Assembly (NCBI GenBank): GCA_965220125.1
Contig: CBDCPB010000004.1
Location: 2,674,270-2,738,269, forward strand
DNA from: Dehalococcoidia bacterium
GTDB lineage: Bacteria; Chloroflexota; Dehalococcoidia; UBA2979
Direction of reading: 5' to 3'
DNA: 64,000 nucleotides
The notes under the pieces were generated by a model. The model saw nothing but the letters and a program-made list of their open reading frames with translations. It did not search any database and had not been told where the DNA came from. Positions 44,813 to 54,737 of the stretch are shown here, one piece after another; position 1 is the stretch's first letter; every line of letters begins with the position of its first letter. The translations under genes and the position numbers were made by a program.

Positions 44813-45181
44813 ATGGCCAGGAACTATCGAGACCTCCACGAGAAGGTCGTAGCCCGCCCGGGCGCACCCGAGCGGCTCGCCGCGCTGCGTGAGGCGACCG
44901 TGGCGGAGATCGGCCTGTACGAACTCCGCCGCGCGCTCGACCGCTCCCAGGCCGAGTTGGCGGTGAGCATGGGCAGCAGCCAGCCCGCGGTGTCCCAGTT
45001 CGAACGTGGCGATGACATCCGGCTGTCGTCGCTCCGGAGGTATCTCGAGGGGCTGGGCGCTCGCCTGCGGATCGTCGCCCTCTTTGGTGATGGCGAGGCA
45101 GAGACGGCGATTCCACTACGGATCGGGAGCAGGGGATCGCTGCAGGTCGCGGACGAGGAGCCTGACTACCTCGCCGAGTAG
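44813..45181 (+). CDS. XRE-family HTH antitoxin (HigA-2-like)
   Basis: LRRALDRSQAELAVSMGSSQPAVSQFERGDDIRLSSLRRYLEGLG. Confidence 0.78.
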   Translation: MARNYRDLHEKVVARPGAPERLAALREATVAEIGLYELRRALDRSQAELAVSMGSSQPAVSQFERGDDIRLSSLRRYLEGLGARLRIVALFGDGEAETAIPLRIGSRGSLQVADEEPDYLAE

Positions 45182-45233
45182 GCGGCGCGGCCCGACCCTC
45201 CGAGCCACTCAATCACCGAGTACCCGGGATCCC

Positions 45234-46172
45234 CTAGAACACGATCACGCAGCGGCCGCGGGCGCCTCCGGCCTCGAGGCGGGCGTGGGCGTCCGCCGCC
45301 TGTTCCGCCGGGTACGTCTGGTACACGCGCAGAGTCAGCTGCCCGTCCTCGGTCTGCTGGCGCAGCCGGTCGAGCAGGTCCGCCCGGTGGTCGTACGTGC
45401 GCACCGAGGTGACGTGGAAGGCGATCCCGCGCTCGCCGGTGCCGCCCCAGCCGCGCACCGCGGCGTAGGCGCCGCCGTCGCGGATCGCGCCCACCGCGAG
45501 CTCGTTCTGCACCGCACCGTCGGCGAGCCCGTCGACGCCCCCGGCCGCGACCTTGCGGATCTGCTCTGAGATGTCGTCGCCTCGAGGCACGACGATGTCG
45601 GCGCCGAGGTCGCGGACGAGCTGCTCGTCGGCGGCTGAGGCGTCGGCGATGACGCGCAACCCCTCCGCCTTGGCGAGTTGCACGACGTAGCCGCCGTAGC
45701 AGCCGGCCGCGCCGGTGACGCCGAGGGTCTGACCCGGCTGCAGCGCGAGCTGGTCGAGCGACTGGCGAGCCGTGAGCCCGTTCATCGGCAGCGTGGACGC
45801 CTCGGCGTGGCTGCCGCCTGCCGGGGCCCGGACGACGGAGTCGGCGGAGAGCACGATGCTCTCGCGGTAGGCGCCGTGGCTGCCGCCCGGGAGCACCATC
45901 GCCATCACCGCGTCGCCGACGGCGAGGTCGGTCTCCGTGCCGGGGCCGATCTCGTCGATGACGCCGGCGGCGTCCATGCCGGGGACGTGCGGCCCCGCTA
46001 CGTCACGCAGCGCGTCGGCGCGGGAGCCGTTGCGCAGCATCGTGTCCGTTGGGCTCACCGCGGCGGCGTGGACGCGAATGCGAACCTCGCCGGGACCGGC
46101 GTGGACCTCGGGCAGATCGACGACCCGCAGTACCTCCGGGCCCCCGAACTCGACGACTCCGACTCCTCGCAT
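45234..46172 (-). CDS. MDR-superfamily NAD(P)H:quinone oxidoreductase-like
   Basis: [18 protein letters not shown] and [18 protein letters not shown]. Confidence 0.85.
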   Translation of the reverse strand: MRGVGVVEFGGPEVLRVVDLPEVHAGPGEVRIRVHAAAVSPTDTMLRNGSRADALRDVAGPHVPGMDAAGVIDEIGPGTETDLAVGDAVMAMVLPGGSHGAYRESIVLSADSVVRAPAGGSHAEASTLPMNGLTARQSLDQLALQPGQTLGVTGAAGCYGGYVVQLAKAEGLRVIADASAADEQLVRDLGADIVVPRGDDISEQIRKVAAGGVDGLADGAVQNELAVGAIRDGGAYAAVRGWGGTGERGIAFHVTSVRTYDHRADLLDRLRQQTEDGQLTLRVYQTYPAEQAADAHARLEAGGARGRCVIVF

Positions 46173-46286
46173 GGCTCCCTGCCTCTCTCATGCATCGGCT
46201 GCAGACACGCCTCGCGCCGGGCGTGATCCCCGGCGCGAGGTGTGCGATCAGTTCGCCGAGGCGTGCGCTGGCGCCCCGACGTGTGG

Positions 46287-47135
46287 TTAGCGGCCGGCGG
46301 CGGCGGCGATCGCGCGGCCCGTGAAGACCCGCGTCATCGCCCGCCGGTACTCCTCCGAGCCCGCCAGGTCCGCGTTCAGGTCCTCCAGGCTGTCGGCCGC
46401 CGCGGCGGCGGCGGAGATCGCCTCTTCGTCCAGCGCCGAGCCGGTCAACGCGTCCTCGACCGCCCCGAGCCGCTGCGCGTGCGTCGAGGCGCCCGTCACG
46501 GCCACGCGGGCGCCCGTGCAGACGCCGCCCTCGACGGTCAGCGAGGCCGCCACACCGACGATCGCGAAGTGCGAGGCCGGGTGGCGAAGCTTCGCGTAGG
46601 CCGCCTGCGAGGGAGCGTCGAAGCTGACCGAGGTGATCAACTCCTCCTCCGCGAGGTCGACCTCGAAGAGGCCGCTGAAGAAGTCGCCGGCAGCGACCGT
46701 GCGCTCGCCGCCCGGACCGGCGATGTGGATCGACGCGTCGAGCGCGACCACCACGGCCGGGAGGTCGGACGCCGGGTCGGCGTGCGCCAGGCTCCCGCCG
46801 ATCGTGCCGCGGTTGCGCACCTGCTGGTCGCCGATCTCGCCCGCCGCCTCGGCGACGACGGGCGCGGACGCCAGCAGGACCGCGTCGTCCTCGAGTTCGG
46901 CGTGCGTGGTGAGCGCGCCGATCGAGATCCGTCCGCCGTCCTCGCTGACGCCGGAGAGGCCGGGGATGCGGCTGATGTCGATGAGCAGCGACGGCTCGGC
47001 GAGGCGCAGCTTCATCAGCGGGATCAGGCTGTGACCCCCGGCGATGAAGCGGGCGTCGCCTTCCGCCTGCTGCTTGAGCGCGATCGCCTCCTCGACGGAG
47101 CCGGCGCGCTGGTACTCGAACGCTGAGGGGATCAT
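46287..47135 (-). CDS. coxM: molybdenum hydroxylase FAD-binding (medium) subunit
   Basis: FEYQRAGSVEEAIAL...ARFIAGGHSLIPLMKLR and RNRGTIGGSLAHADP. Confidence 0.9.
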   Translation of the reverse strand: MIPSAFEYQRAGSVEEAIALKQQAEGDARFIAGGHSLIPLMKLRLAEPSLLIDISRIPGLSGVSEDGGRISIGALTTHAELEDDAVLLASAPVVAEAAGEIGDQQVRNRGTIGGSLAHADPASDLPAVVVALDASIHIAGPGGERTVAAGDFFSGLFEVDLAEEELITSVSFDAPSQAAYAKLRHPASHFAIVGVAASLTVEGGVCTGARVAVTGASTHAQRLGAVEDALTGSALDEEAISAAAAAADSLEDLNADLAGSEEYRRAMTRVFTGRAIAAAAGR

Positions 47136-49507
47136 GCGTCGCCTCCATGGATCAGACGCCAGAGCTTCTCCGGACGCAGCATCATGTCGATGTGCTCCAC
47201 GCCGAACTCGCTGAGCGCGTCAACGGCGGCGCTGACGATGCAGGGAGTGGACCCGATCGTGCCGGCCTCGCCGATGCCCTTCACGCCCAACGGGTTGAGC
47301 GGCGAAGGCGTCACGGTGTGGTCCAGCTCGAAGCGCGGGAAGTCCCGCGCGCGCGGGATCGCGTAGTCCATGAACGAGGCGGTCACGAGCTGACCGCTCG
47401 CCTCGTCGTAGACCGCCTCCTCGGTCATCGCCTGGCCCACGCCCTGGGCGATGCCGCCGTGGATCTGCCCGGTGACGATCAGCGGGTTGACGATGTTGCC
47501 GCAATCGTCCACGCCCACGAAGCGCTGCAGTTCCAGCTCGCCGGTGTCGCGGTCGATCTCCACCTGGGAGATGTAGCAGCCGAAGGGCCAGGTGAAGCCC
47601 TCGGGCTCCCAGAAGGCCTCGTCGCTCAGTCCCGGCTCGGTGTCCGGGGGCAGCGGAATCGGGGCGTAGGCGAAGGCCGCCACGTCCGTGAACGGGACGC
47701 CGGTCTCCTCCTGGCCCGCGGGCCCGATCATGCCGTCCTTGAAGGCGAGGTCGCCGGGCTGCAGCTCCAGCATCGGCGCCGCGAAGCGGCGCATCTTGTC
47801 CTGCACCTTGCCGGTGGCGAGCAGCAGCGCCGTGCCGCCGACCACCTGCGAGCGGCTGCCGAACGTGCCGGTACCGCCTCGCACCTGGCCGGTGTCGCCG
47901 TGGACGATAGTGATGTCGTCCATCGGGATGCTGAACTCGTCGGCGAGCATCTGCGCGAAGGTCGTCTCGTGACCCTGGCCGTGCGAAGAGACGCCGGTGG
48001 TGGCGCGCACCTTGCCGTCGCGCTCCACGCTCACGCTCCCGTGCTCCCAGAGGCCCACGCTCGGCATCGCCGCCGAGGGCCCGAAGCCGCAGATCTCGGT
48101 GTAGAAGGACATCCCGAGGCCGACCAGGCGGCCTTCCGCCCGGGCGGCGTCGCGGTCCGCCTTCATCTGCTCCCAGCCGGCGTTCTCCAGCGCCTTGTCG
48201 AGCGCGGTCTCGTACTCGCCGGAGTCGTAGACCATCCCGCCCGCGGTGGTGTACGGGAACTGCTCCGGCTGGATGAAGTTCACCCGCCGCACCTCGGCCG
48301 GGTCCATGCCCAGCTTCACACCCAGCATTTCCATGCCGCGCTCGAGGAAGTAGATGCCCTCGGGCCGTCCCGCACCGCGGTAGGCGTCGGTCGGCATCTT
48401 GTTGGTGAAGACCTCGGTCAGGTCGCAGCGCACGACGGGGATGTCGTAGACGCCGCTGATCATGAACGCGACCAGCGTGGGGATCGCGGCCGTCAGCACC
48501 ATCTCGTAGGCGCCGATGTCGGCCACCAGCCGCATCTTGACGGCCAGCACCTTGCCCTGGTTGCTGGCCGCGAGGTCGAGGTAGCAGATCACGTCGCGGC
48601 CGTGGATCGTGGTCAGGAACGCCTCGGAGCGGTCCTCGATCCACTTGACCGGCAGGCCGAGGCGGCGCGAGATCGCCGCCGCGACGAAGTCCTCGCCGTA
48701 GACGTTGATCTTGCTGCCGAAGCCGCCGCCGACGTCCGGGGCGATGACGCGCACCTGGTGCTGGCCCATGCCCAGGATCGCCGCCAGCAGCGTGCGCGCG
48801 ATGTGCGGGTTCTGGGTCGTCGACCAGACCGTCAGCTCGTCGTTGCCCGGCTCGAAGCGCGCGATCACGCCTCGAGGCTCCATCGCGTTCGGCACCAGTC
48901 GCTGGCTGACCATGCGCTGCGAGACGACGACGTCGGCCCGCTCGAACGCCGCATTGAGCGCCGACTCGTCCTCGACCTCGAGTGTCGCCGCGTTCACGCC
49001 GGTGCCGGACGGGGCGAACGGGACGGCGAGGTTGTTCTCGAACGCCTCGTGGAGGACGGCCGGGTCGCCGCTCATCGCCCGCTCCGGGTCGACGACGGCG
49101 GGCAGTTCCTCGATGTCCACCATGATCGCGTCGGCGGCGTCGGCGGCCAGGAAGCGATCGGTCGCCACGACGACTGCGACCGGCTCACCGACGTAGCGCA
49201 CGCGCTCCGGCGGGACGGAGTGGTGATCCGGCGCCGGGAACGGCGTGGCGACGGGCATCGGCGGGATCATCTCGGCGAGCTGCGCGCCGGTGAGCACCAG
49301 CTCGACGCCGGGCATCGCCTCGGCGGCGCTGGTGTCGATCGAGCGGATGATGCCGTGCGCCACGTCGCTGCGCTTGAAGGCCAGGTGCAGCATGCCCGGC
49401 AGCTTCATGTCGTCGACGTAGTTACCGCGGCCCTTGACCAGGCGCGGGTCCTCGCGACGGCGAACGCGCTGTCCGACGAGCTGGCCCGGTGTTGCCTGCA
49501 TGGTCAT
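47132..49507 (-). CDS. coxL: molybdopterin-binding large subunit, form II CoxL-like (AYRGAGR motif)
   Basis: 791 aa. The active-site loop reads [13 protein letters not shown], not the AYRCSFR of bona fide CO dehydrogenases. 4-nt overlaps with both neighbours. Confidence 0.9.
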   Translation of the reverse strand: MTMQATPGQLVGQRVRRREDPRLVKGRGNYVDDMKLPGMLHLAFKRSDVAHGIIRSIDTSAAEAMPGVELVLTGAQLAEMIPPMPVATPFPAPDHHSVPPERVRYVGEPVAVVVATDRFLAADAADAIMVDIEELPAVVDPERAMSGDPAVLHEAFENNLAVPFAPSGTGVNAATLEVEDESALNAAFERADVVVSQRMVSQRLVPNAMEPRGVIARFEPGNDELTVWSTTQNPHIARTLLAAILGMGQHQVRVIAPDVGGGFGSKINVYGEDFVAAAISRRLGLPVKWIEDRSEAFLTTIHGRDVICYLDLAASNQGKVLAVKMRLVADIGAYEMVLTAAIPTLVAFMISGVYDIPVVRCDLTEVFTNKMPTDAYRGAGRPEGIYFLERGMEMLGVKLGMDPAEVRRVNFIQPEQFPYTTAGGMVYDSGEYETALDKALENAGWEQMKADRDAARAEGRLVGLGMSFYTEICGFGPSAAMPSVGLWEHGSVSVERDGKVRATTGVSSHGQGHETTFAQMLADEFSIPMDDITIVHGDTGQVRGGTGTFGSRSQVVGGTALLLATGKVQDKMRRFAAPMLELQPGDLAFKDGMIGPAGQEETGVPFTDVAAFAYAPIPLPPDTEPGLSDEAFWEPEGFTWPFGCYISQVEIDRDTGELELQRFVGVDDCGNIVNPLIVTGQIHGGIAQGVGQAMTEEAVYDEASGQLVTASFMDYAIPRARDFPRFELDHTVTPSPLNPLGVKGIGEAGTIGSTPCIVSAAVDALSEFGVEHIDMMLRPEKLWRLIHGGDA

Positions 49508-49971
49508 GGCGCACCTCCCGCCGCCGTCTTCACGGCGTTGATGATGTGCTCGTAGCCCGTGCAGCGGCAGAGGTTCCCGTCCAGCCCTCGGCGGATCTCA
49601 TCGTCCGAGGGGTCCGGGGAGCGCTCCAGCAGGTCGACGCCGGACATGATCATGCCCGGCGTGCAGTAGCCGCACTGCAGCCCGTGCTCGTCCCAGAAGG
49701 CCTGCTGCAGCGGATGCATCTCGCCGTCCGCGCTCAGGCCCTCGATGGTGGTGACGGATGCGCCGTCGGCCTGCACCGCGAGCACGGTGCAGGACTTGGC
49801 GGACGCGCCGTCGAGCGTCACGGTGCAGGCGCCGCACTGACTGGTGTCGCAGCCCACATGCGTGCCGGTCAGGTTCAGCTCCTCCCGCAGGAGATGCACC
49901 AGCAGCGTGCGAGGCTCCACCTCCAGTTCGTGGAGCCGTCCGTTCACGGTCACTGAAATCGGTACGGTCAT
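49504..49971 (-). CDS. coxS: [2Fe-2S] small subunit of the molybdenum hydroxylase
   Basis: [12 protein letters not shown] and [11 protein letters not shown]...NLCRCTGY. Confidence 0.92.
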   Translation of the reverse strand: MTVPISVTVNGRLHELEVEPRTLLVHLLREELNLTGTHVGCDTSQCGACTVTLDGASAKSCTVLAVQADGASVTTIEGLSADGEMHPLQQAFWDEHGLQCGYCTPGMIMSGVDLLERSPDPSDDEIRRGLDGNLCRCTGYEHIINAVKTAAGGAP

Positions 49972-50429
49972 ATCGCCGCACTCCTCTCTGTTGCCGCCTT
50001 TGCCTCTTGCTCGATCGCATCGAAGAACTGCCGCGCCATCGTACGCGCCGAGCCGGTCAGCAACCGGCCACCGACGCGCGCAATCGTGCCGCGGACCGTC
50101 ACCTCGGCCTCGTAGCGCAGGCGCGTCCCGTCCCCGTCGTCCGCCAGACTGATCGCGGCCTCGCCCGTGCCGCCGCCGGGCCGTCCCCGGCCCGAGGCGA
50201 TCAGCGTGTAGCGTGTTTCCGGCTCCCGGTTACGCACTTCGACGCGGCCCGTGAAGGTTCCGCGCACCGGTCCCACGCCCACCTTGGCGGTCAGTTCCCA
50301 GGTGTCGGGGGCGACCTCGTCGAAGGCCTCGCAGCCCGGGATCGCCGCTTGCAGCGAGTCCGGGTTCAGCAGGTGCTCCCACATCACGGAGCGGGGGAGC
50401 TCGAAGCGGTGTTCACCGTCTACCCGCAC
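49968..50429 (-). CDS. coxG: SRPBCC-fold CoxG-like subunit
   Basis: 153 aa. Contains [19 protein letters not shown]...[13 protein letters not shown]. First gene of the cox-like operon. Confidence 0.8.
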   Translation of the reverse strand: MRVDGEHRFELPRSVMWEHLLNPDSLQAAIPGCEAFDEVAPDTWELTAKVGVGPVRGTFTGRVEVRNREPETRYTLIASGRGRPGGGTGEAAISLADDGDGTRLRYEAEVTVRGTIARVGGRLLTGSARTMARQFFDAIEQEAKAATERSAAI

Positions 50430-50654
50430 GCGTCACCCCCTCGCGAGCCGGGCGGATGATAGCACCGATGCGGTGCGCCCTGCCGCCACGCGTCGCGGTG
50501 GTCCCGGGTCCTGTGGCACACTGTGAAAGGAGGATCCGACGCAGGCTTCTCACGAGAACCATTCTGTGAGGGTGGCGGTGACAGACAAGAGTCCGAGTGC
50601 CGAAAGTTCCTCGCGCGAGGCTTCGGCCACGCCCACGCTCGCCGGGCCGGTTCC

Positions 50655-50683
50655 TTGACATGCTTGTATAACGCTGCTAATAG
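50655..50683 (+). promoter_or_regulatory. sigma-70-like promoter candidate (TTGACA-N17-TAATAG) upstream of the third ABC locus
   Basis: TTGACA at 50655..50660 and TAATAG at 50678..50683, about 130 nt upstream of ATG 50813. Confidence 0.4.
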
Positions 50684-50812
50684 CGGACGAACGGTTGTGA
50701 TCCGAATGCGGTCGCCGACCGTGGGCGCACGCCCCGGTTCGGTGCATGGCGGTTGGGCGCGATTGGCGACGGCGTGAAGCCGGGTAGTCGCTCGGAAGCA
50801 GGAGGAGTGAGC

Positions 50813-52651
50813 ATGAGTAACGAAACTTTGGAGAAGTGGGCAGCGAACAGCCTCTGGACGAGGCGGCGTTTGATCGGTGCTGCGGGCGTCGCGGGCCTTG
50901 GCCTCGGTGCTGCGGCATTGATCGGGTGTGGCGGCGATGACGATGACGATGACGGCGCCGCCGCGCCGGCTGCGGCCACGACTGCTGCCACGGCTGCCGC
51001 CACTGCCACGGCTGCCGCGACGACTGCTGCCACTGCTGCCACTGCTGCCGCCGCCACGGCCACTGCCGCCGCCACGGCTGCTCCAACCCCTGCTGCGGTG
51101 GAGCCACCGCTCAGCGAGTTGCTGTCGGTCCACTGGGGTACGCGCGAGCACCCTGATCCGCACACCGGTTCGGTCTCCTCGCCCTGGACCCACGTCGGCG
51201 ATGTGGCTCTGGACATCAAGCGGGACACGTTCGAGGTGCAGCCGCGGCTCTTCGAGTCATGGGAGCAACCGAGCGCGACGGAGTACGTGTTCACGATGGT
51301 GCAGGGCGTATTGACGCATGATCGCGCGCCGAGCAACGGTCGCGTCTACACCACTGAAGACGCGGCCTACAGCATCGAGCGAATCACGGGCAAGTACGAC
51401 CCGGACAACGTCACGCTCTATCAACGGCGGACGGAGCTTGGGCCACTGATCTCGGCGGAGGCAGTGGACGAGTCGTCCGTGCGCGTGCTGCTCGACAGCC
51501 CGTTCAGCCCGTTCCTGATCGGCCTGGCGAACCACCGCAACCCGCTGGTGCCGAAGGACTTTGCCGAGAGCGGCGGGTTCAGCGGCAATATCTCGGAGGC
51601 GCTTCCTGTCGGCACCGGGCCGTACGTCCTTGAGGAGCTGCGGAATGGCGAGGGCGCCACGTTCAACCGCTTCCCGAACTACTGGCGAGGGAAGGGCGCT
51701 CCGTACTTCGAGCGCGTCGAGTGGTCCGTGTTGCCGGACGATGCGGCGCGCGCCAGCGCGTTCGCCGCGGGGGCTATCGACTTCTACACGACCTTGTCCA
51801 AGGCGGGGCGACAGACCATCGAGACCCTCGCGGACGACTACAACCTGATCAGCTTCCCATCGAACCGCATCCAGCACCTGGACTTCAACATATCGCGCAA
51901 GCCGGTCGATGACGTCCGGATTCGCCGGGCGATCCAGCGCGTCCTCGACTACGCCGGGATGGGTGCCGAGGAGTACGGGGACGGCTTCTGGGACTACAGC
52001 GGGCCTGCCGGTTCGGCGTATCCCGACGCGTTCCAGGCCGAGGACATCAAGAAGATGCCCGGATGGAACCCGGACACCAAGGACGCCGACGTCGCCGAGG
52101 CCAGGCAACTGATGTCTGCGGCGGGCTTCCCCGACGGGAGCATCTCGCTCCCGATCACGTCCGTCGCGCCCGGTGGGGGCAACGTCGCCGCGATCATGGC
52201 GTCGCAGGCCGTCCGCATCCAGCACACGCTGAAGCAGATCTGGCCCGCCATGGATGTGACCATCCAGGTCGTCGACCGCAGCGAGCAGGGCCAGCGGCGA
52301 GGAAGCGGCGAGTTCGTCGCGCTCGCCCAGGGGCTGTTCGGGCCGCTCGACGTGGTGCTCGGCCTGCTCCAGAACTTCGGCTCCGACGGCAGCAGGAACT
52401 GGCGGGAATACAGCAACCCGGAGGTCGACGGCTTGCTGGCGAAAGCGGTGCAGGAGACCGATCCGGACACACGCAGGGAACAGATCCGATCGGCCGAGGG
52501 CATGGTCATCGACGATACGCCGATGCTGATCGTGGCCCGGCTGCCGGTGACCCACTACGTCAACCCGGCGATCATGGGCTACTACCCGGGTCCGGCCGGG
52601 CTGGTCGACTTCGACCTGCTGCTGCTGGCGGATCGCTATTGGAAGGCATAG
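50813..52651 (+). CDS. ABC transporter substrate-binding lipoprotein, family 5
   Basis: ORF trimmed to ATG 50813 (AGGAGG upstream). Tat motif TRRRLIG, lipobox AALIGC, an Asp run, then an Ala/Thr linker. Confidence 0.9.
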   Translation: MSNETLEKWAANSLWTRRRLIGAAGVAGLGLGAAALIGCGGDDDDDDGAAAPAAATTAATAAATATAAATTAATAATAAAATATAAATAAPTPAAVEPPLSELLSVHWGTREHPDPHTGSVSSPWTHVGDVALDIKRDTFEVQPRLFESWEQPSATEYVFTMVQGVLTHDRAPSNGRVYTTEDAAYSIERITGKYDPDNVTLYQRRTELGPLISAEAVDESSVRVLLDSPFSPFLIGLANHRNPLVPKDFAESGGFSGNISEALPVGTGPYVLEELRNGEGATFNRFPNYWRGKGAPYFERVEWSVLPDDAARASAFAAGAIDFYTTLSKAGRQTIETLADDYNLISFPSNRIQHLDFNISRKPVDDVRIRRAIQRVLDYAGMGAEEYGDGFWDYSGPAGSAYPDAFQAEDIKKMPGWNPDTKDADVAEARQLMSAAGFPDGSISLPITSVAPGGGNVAAIMASQAVRIQHTLKQIWPAMDVTIQVVDRSEQGQRRGSGEFVALAQGLFGPLDVVLGLLQNFGSDGSRNWREYSNPEVDGLLAKAVQETDPDTRREQIRSAEGMVIDDTPMLIVARLPVTHYVNPAIMGYYPGPAGLVDFDLLLLADRYWKA

Positions 52652-52732
52652 CGCCTGGGAGGCCCGCTGCGCAGCTGGCGGCCGCCTCGCTCTCCTCGTG
52701 ATTGAGGAGCAGGCGGGAACTCGGGAGATGCC

Positions 52733-53698
52733 TTGCTTGGTTACATCATCAGGAGGATCGTCGGCATCTTGCCGACGCTCCTCGTCATGCTCGTGCTCGT
52801 CTCGGGCATGCTGAGGCTGCTTCCGGGCGACATCATCGACACGCTGTTCGAGGAGAATCCGATCCTGTTGTCCGAGGATGAGCGGGATCAACTCGAAGAG
52901 CAGTTGGGCCTCGATCGCTCGCTCGCCGAAGAGGTGCTGCAGTACTCCTGGAATGCGCTCCGGGGCGACTTCGGGCGGTCGCTGTTCACCAGGGTGCCGG
53001 TCGCCGAGTCGATCAAGAACCGGGCGCCGATCACTGCGATGCTTGGCGTGTATACGCTGGTGGTGTCGGTCATCGTGGGCATACCGCTCGGCGTGATATC
53101 AGCGGTGAGGCAGGATACGTTCCTCGACTATGGGCTGCGAGCCGTCGCGCTGGTCGCCCTCAGCGTCCCGAACTTCGCGCTGGCGATCATGGCGATCGTG
53201 CTGCCGGTGCTGTGGTTCGGGTGGATCCCGCCGCTCAGGTATGTGCGACTCGAGGACGACGTGAGCGGGCATCTGGGGCAGTTCATCCTGCCCGCCGTCG
53301 TGCTCGGACTCGCGCTGTCCGCCTCGCTCACACGAATGACGCGCACGACGATGCTGGAGGTGCTGCGACAGGACTACGTGCGCACCGCGCGCGCGAAGGG
53401 GGCGACCGAACCCCGCGTCGTCGTTCGGCACGCGATGCGAAACGCGATGATCCCCGTGGTTTCCATCGTCGGGCTCCAGGTCGTCGCCCTGTTTTCCGGC
53501 ACGGTGATCATCGAGAACGTGTTCGCGCTGCCGGGCCTGGGGCGGCTGCTGCTGGAGGCGGTGAACAGCCGTGACTATCCGGTCATTCAGGGCCTTGTGC
53601 TGGTCCTCGGTGTGCTCGTCATGTTGACGAATCTCATGGTGGATTTCTCCTATGGCCTCCTCGATCCGCGGATCCGGCTCGCGGAGATGGGGCAGTAG
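52733..53698 (+). CDS. ABC transporter permease (DppB/OppB-like)
   Basis: TTG start with GGGAG upstream. LGYIIRRIVGILPTLLVMLVLVSGMLRLLPGD and QDYVRTARAKGA. Confidence 0.88.
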   Translation: MLGYIIRRIVGILPTLLVMLVLVSGMLRLLPGDIIDTLFEENPILLSEDERDQLEEQLGLDRSLAEEVLQYSWNALRGDFGRSLFTRVPVAESIKNRAPITAMLGVYTLVVSVIVGIPLGVISAVRQDTFLDYGLRAVALVALSVPNFALAIMAIVLPVLWFGWIPPLRYVRLEDDVSGHLGQFILPAVVLGLALSASLTRMTRTTMLEVLRQDYVRTARAKGATEPRVVVRHAMRNAMIPVVSIVGLQVVALFSGTVIIENVFALPGLGRLLLEAVNSRDYPVIQGLVLVLGVLVMLTNLMVDFSYGLLDPRIRLAEMGQ

Positions 53699-54596
53699 CG
53701 AAGTGGCGGCGGAGATCGCGTCCTTGTCCCCTACGGCCTCCACGGCGCTCCCGCTGCGCTGGCTGCGGGTTCTTCGCACGCTGCTCGCGCGCAAGCCCGT
53801 CGCGGGCGTATCGGCGCTCATATTGCTCGCATTCGGGCTCGCCGCGTTGCTGGCGCCGCTGCTGGCGCCGTATCCGCCCAACCTCAACAGCGTCGGCCCG
53901 ACGCTCGAGGGACCCGCGCTGGGCTATCCGGCCGGCACGGACCAGTTCGGCCGGGACATGCTGAGCCGGCTGATGTTCGGCGGGCGGGTCTCGCTCTCGA
54001 TTGCCGCCGTCGGCAGCACGCTCTCGATCCTCGGGGCGCTGCTGATCGGAGTCACGAGCGGCTACTTCGGCGGCGCCCTGGACTACCTGCTGCAGCGCCT
54101 CGTGGACACGGTGCAGGCCATCCCCGGGCTGGTGCTGCTGCTTACGGTGATCGCGCTTATGGGCTCGAGCTGGCTGAACGTCGTGCTGGCGATTAGCGGG
54201 CTCTTCGCGTTCAGCCAGTCGCGCGTGGTCCGCGGCGCCGTCCTGTCGCTGAAGTCCGAGACCTACATCGAGGCGGCGATTGCCATCGGATGCAGCCCGT
54301 TTCGGGTAGTGGTCCGGCACATGCTGCCGAACCTCTTCCCCGTGCTGATGGTGGTTGCGAGCCTGCTGGTCGGCGTGATCATTCTCGCGGAGGCGTCGCT
54401 CAGCTTCCTGGGCTTCGGAATCCCGCCGCCGAACCCAACCTGGGGCGGGATGCTCAGCGTGGAGGGCCGCACCTACATGATCATCGCGCCGTGGATGCTG
54501 ATTGGCCCGGTCATCGCGCTCAGCGTTGTGGTGTTCGCGGCGAACATGCTGGGCGACGGCATACGCGACCTGATGGACCCGCGGCTGAGGGAGTAA
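53652..54596 (+). CDS. ABC transporter permease (DppC/OppC-like)
   Basis: YPAGTDQFGRDMLSRL, YIEAAIAIGCS and ANMLGDGIRDLMDPRL. The start is uncertain; ATG 53652 overlaps the upstream gene by 47 nt, and GTG 53703 is possible. Confidence 0.85.
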   Translation: MASSIRGSGSRRWGSSEVAAEIASLSPTASTALPLRWLRVLRTLLARKPVAGVSALILLAFGLAALLAPLLAPYPPNLNSVGPTLEGPALGYPAGTDQFGRDMLSRLMFGGRVSLSIAAVGSTLSILGALLIGVTSGYFGGALDYLLQRLVDTVQAIPGLVLLLTVIALMGSSWLNVVLAISGLFAFSQSRVVRGAVLSLKSETYIEAAIAIGCSPFRVVVRHMLPNLFPVLMVVASLLVGVIILAEASLSFLGFGIPPPNPTWGGMLSVEGRTYMIIAPWMLIGPVIALSVVVFAANMLGDGIRDLMDPRLRE

Positions 54597-54737
54597 CCCC
54601 GCGCCGCTGCACTCGTTCCCGCATGGCGGCGGGCGGGGAGCATCCGGAGGCGGGCCTCGATCCCGCCGGACCGGCGGCACGTACCCTGGCAAGCGCTGTA
54701 GGCGGGCGCTGACAGCGCCTGGTTCGGGAGGGACCGA

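Noticed and set aside
41740-45181. Annotating the TA-flanked block as a mobile element
   Set aside because: There is no integrase, transposase, tRNA target, terminal inverted repeats or direct repeats. Only the AT-rich promoter patch differs in composition. Reported as a finding to test, not as a mobile_element feature.
47132-49507. Calling the large subunit a genuine aerobic CO dehydrogenase (form I CoxL)
   Set aside because: The active-site loop is AYRGAGR, not AYRCSFR, and no coxDEF accessory genes are adjacent.
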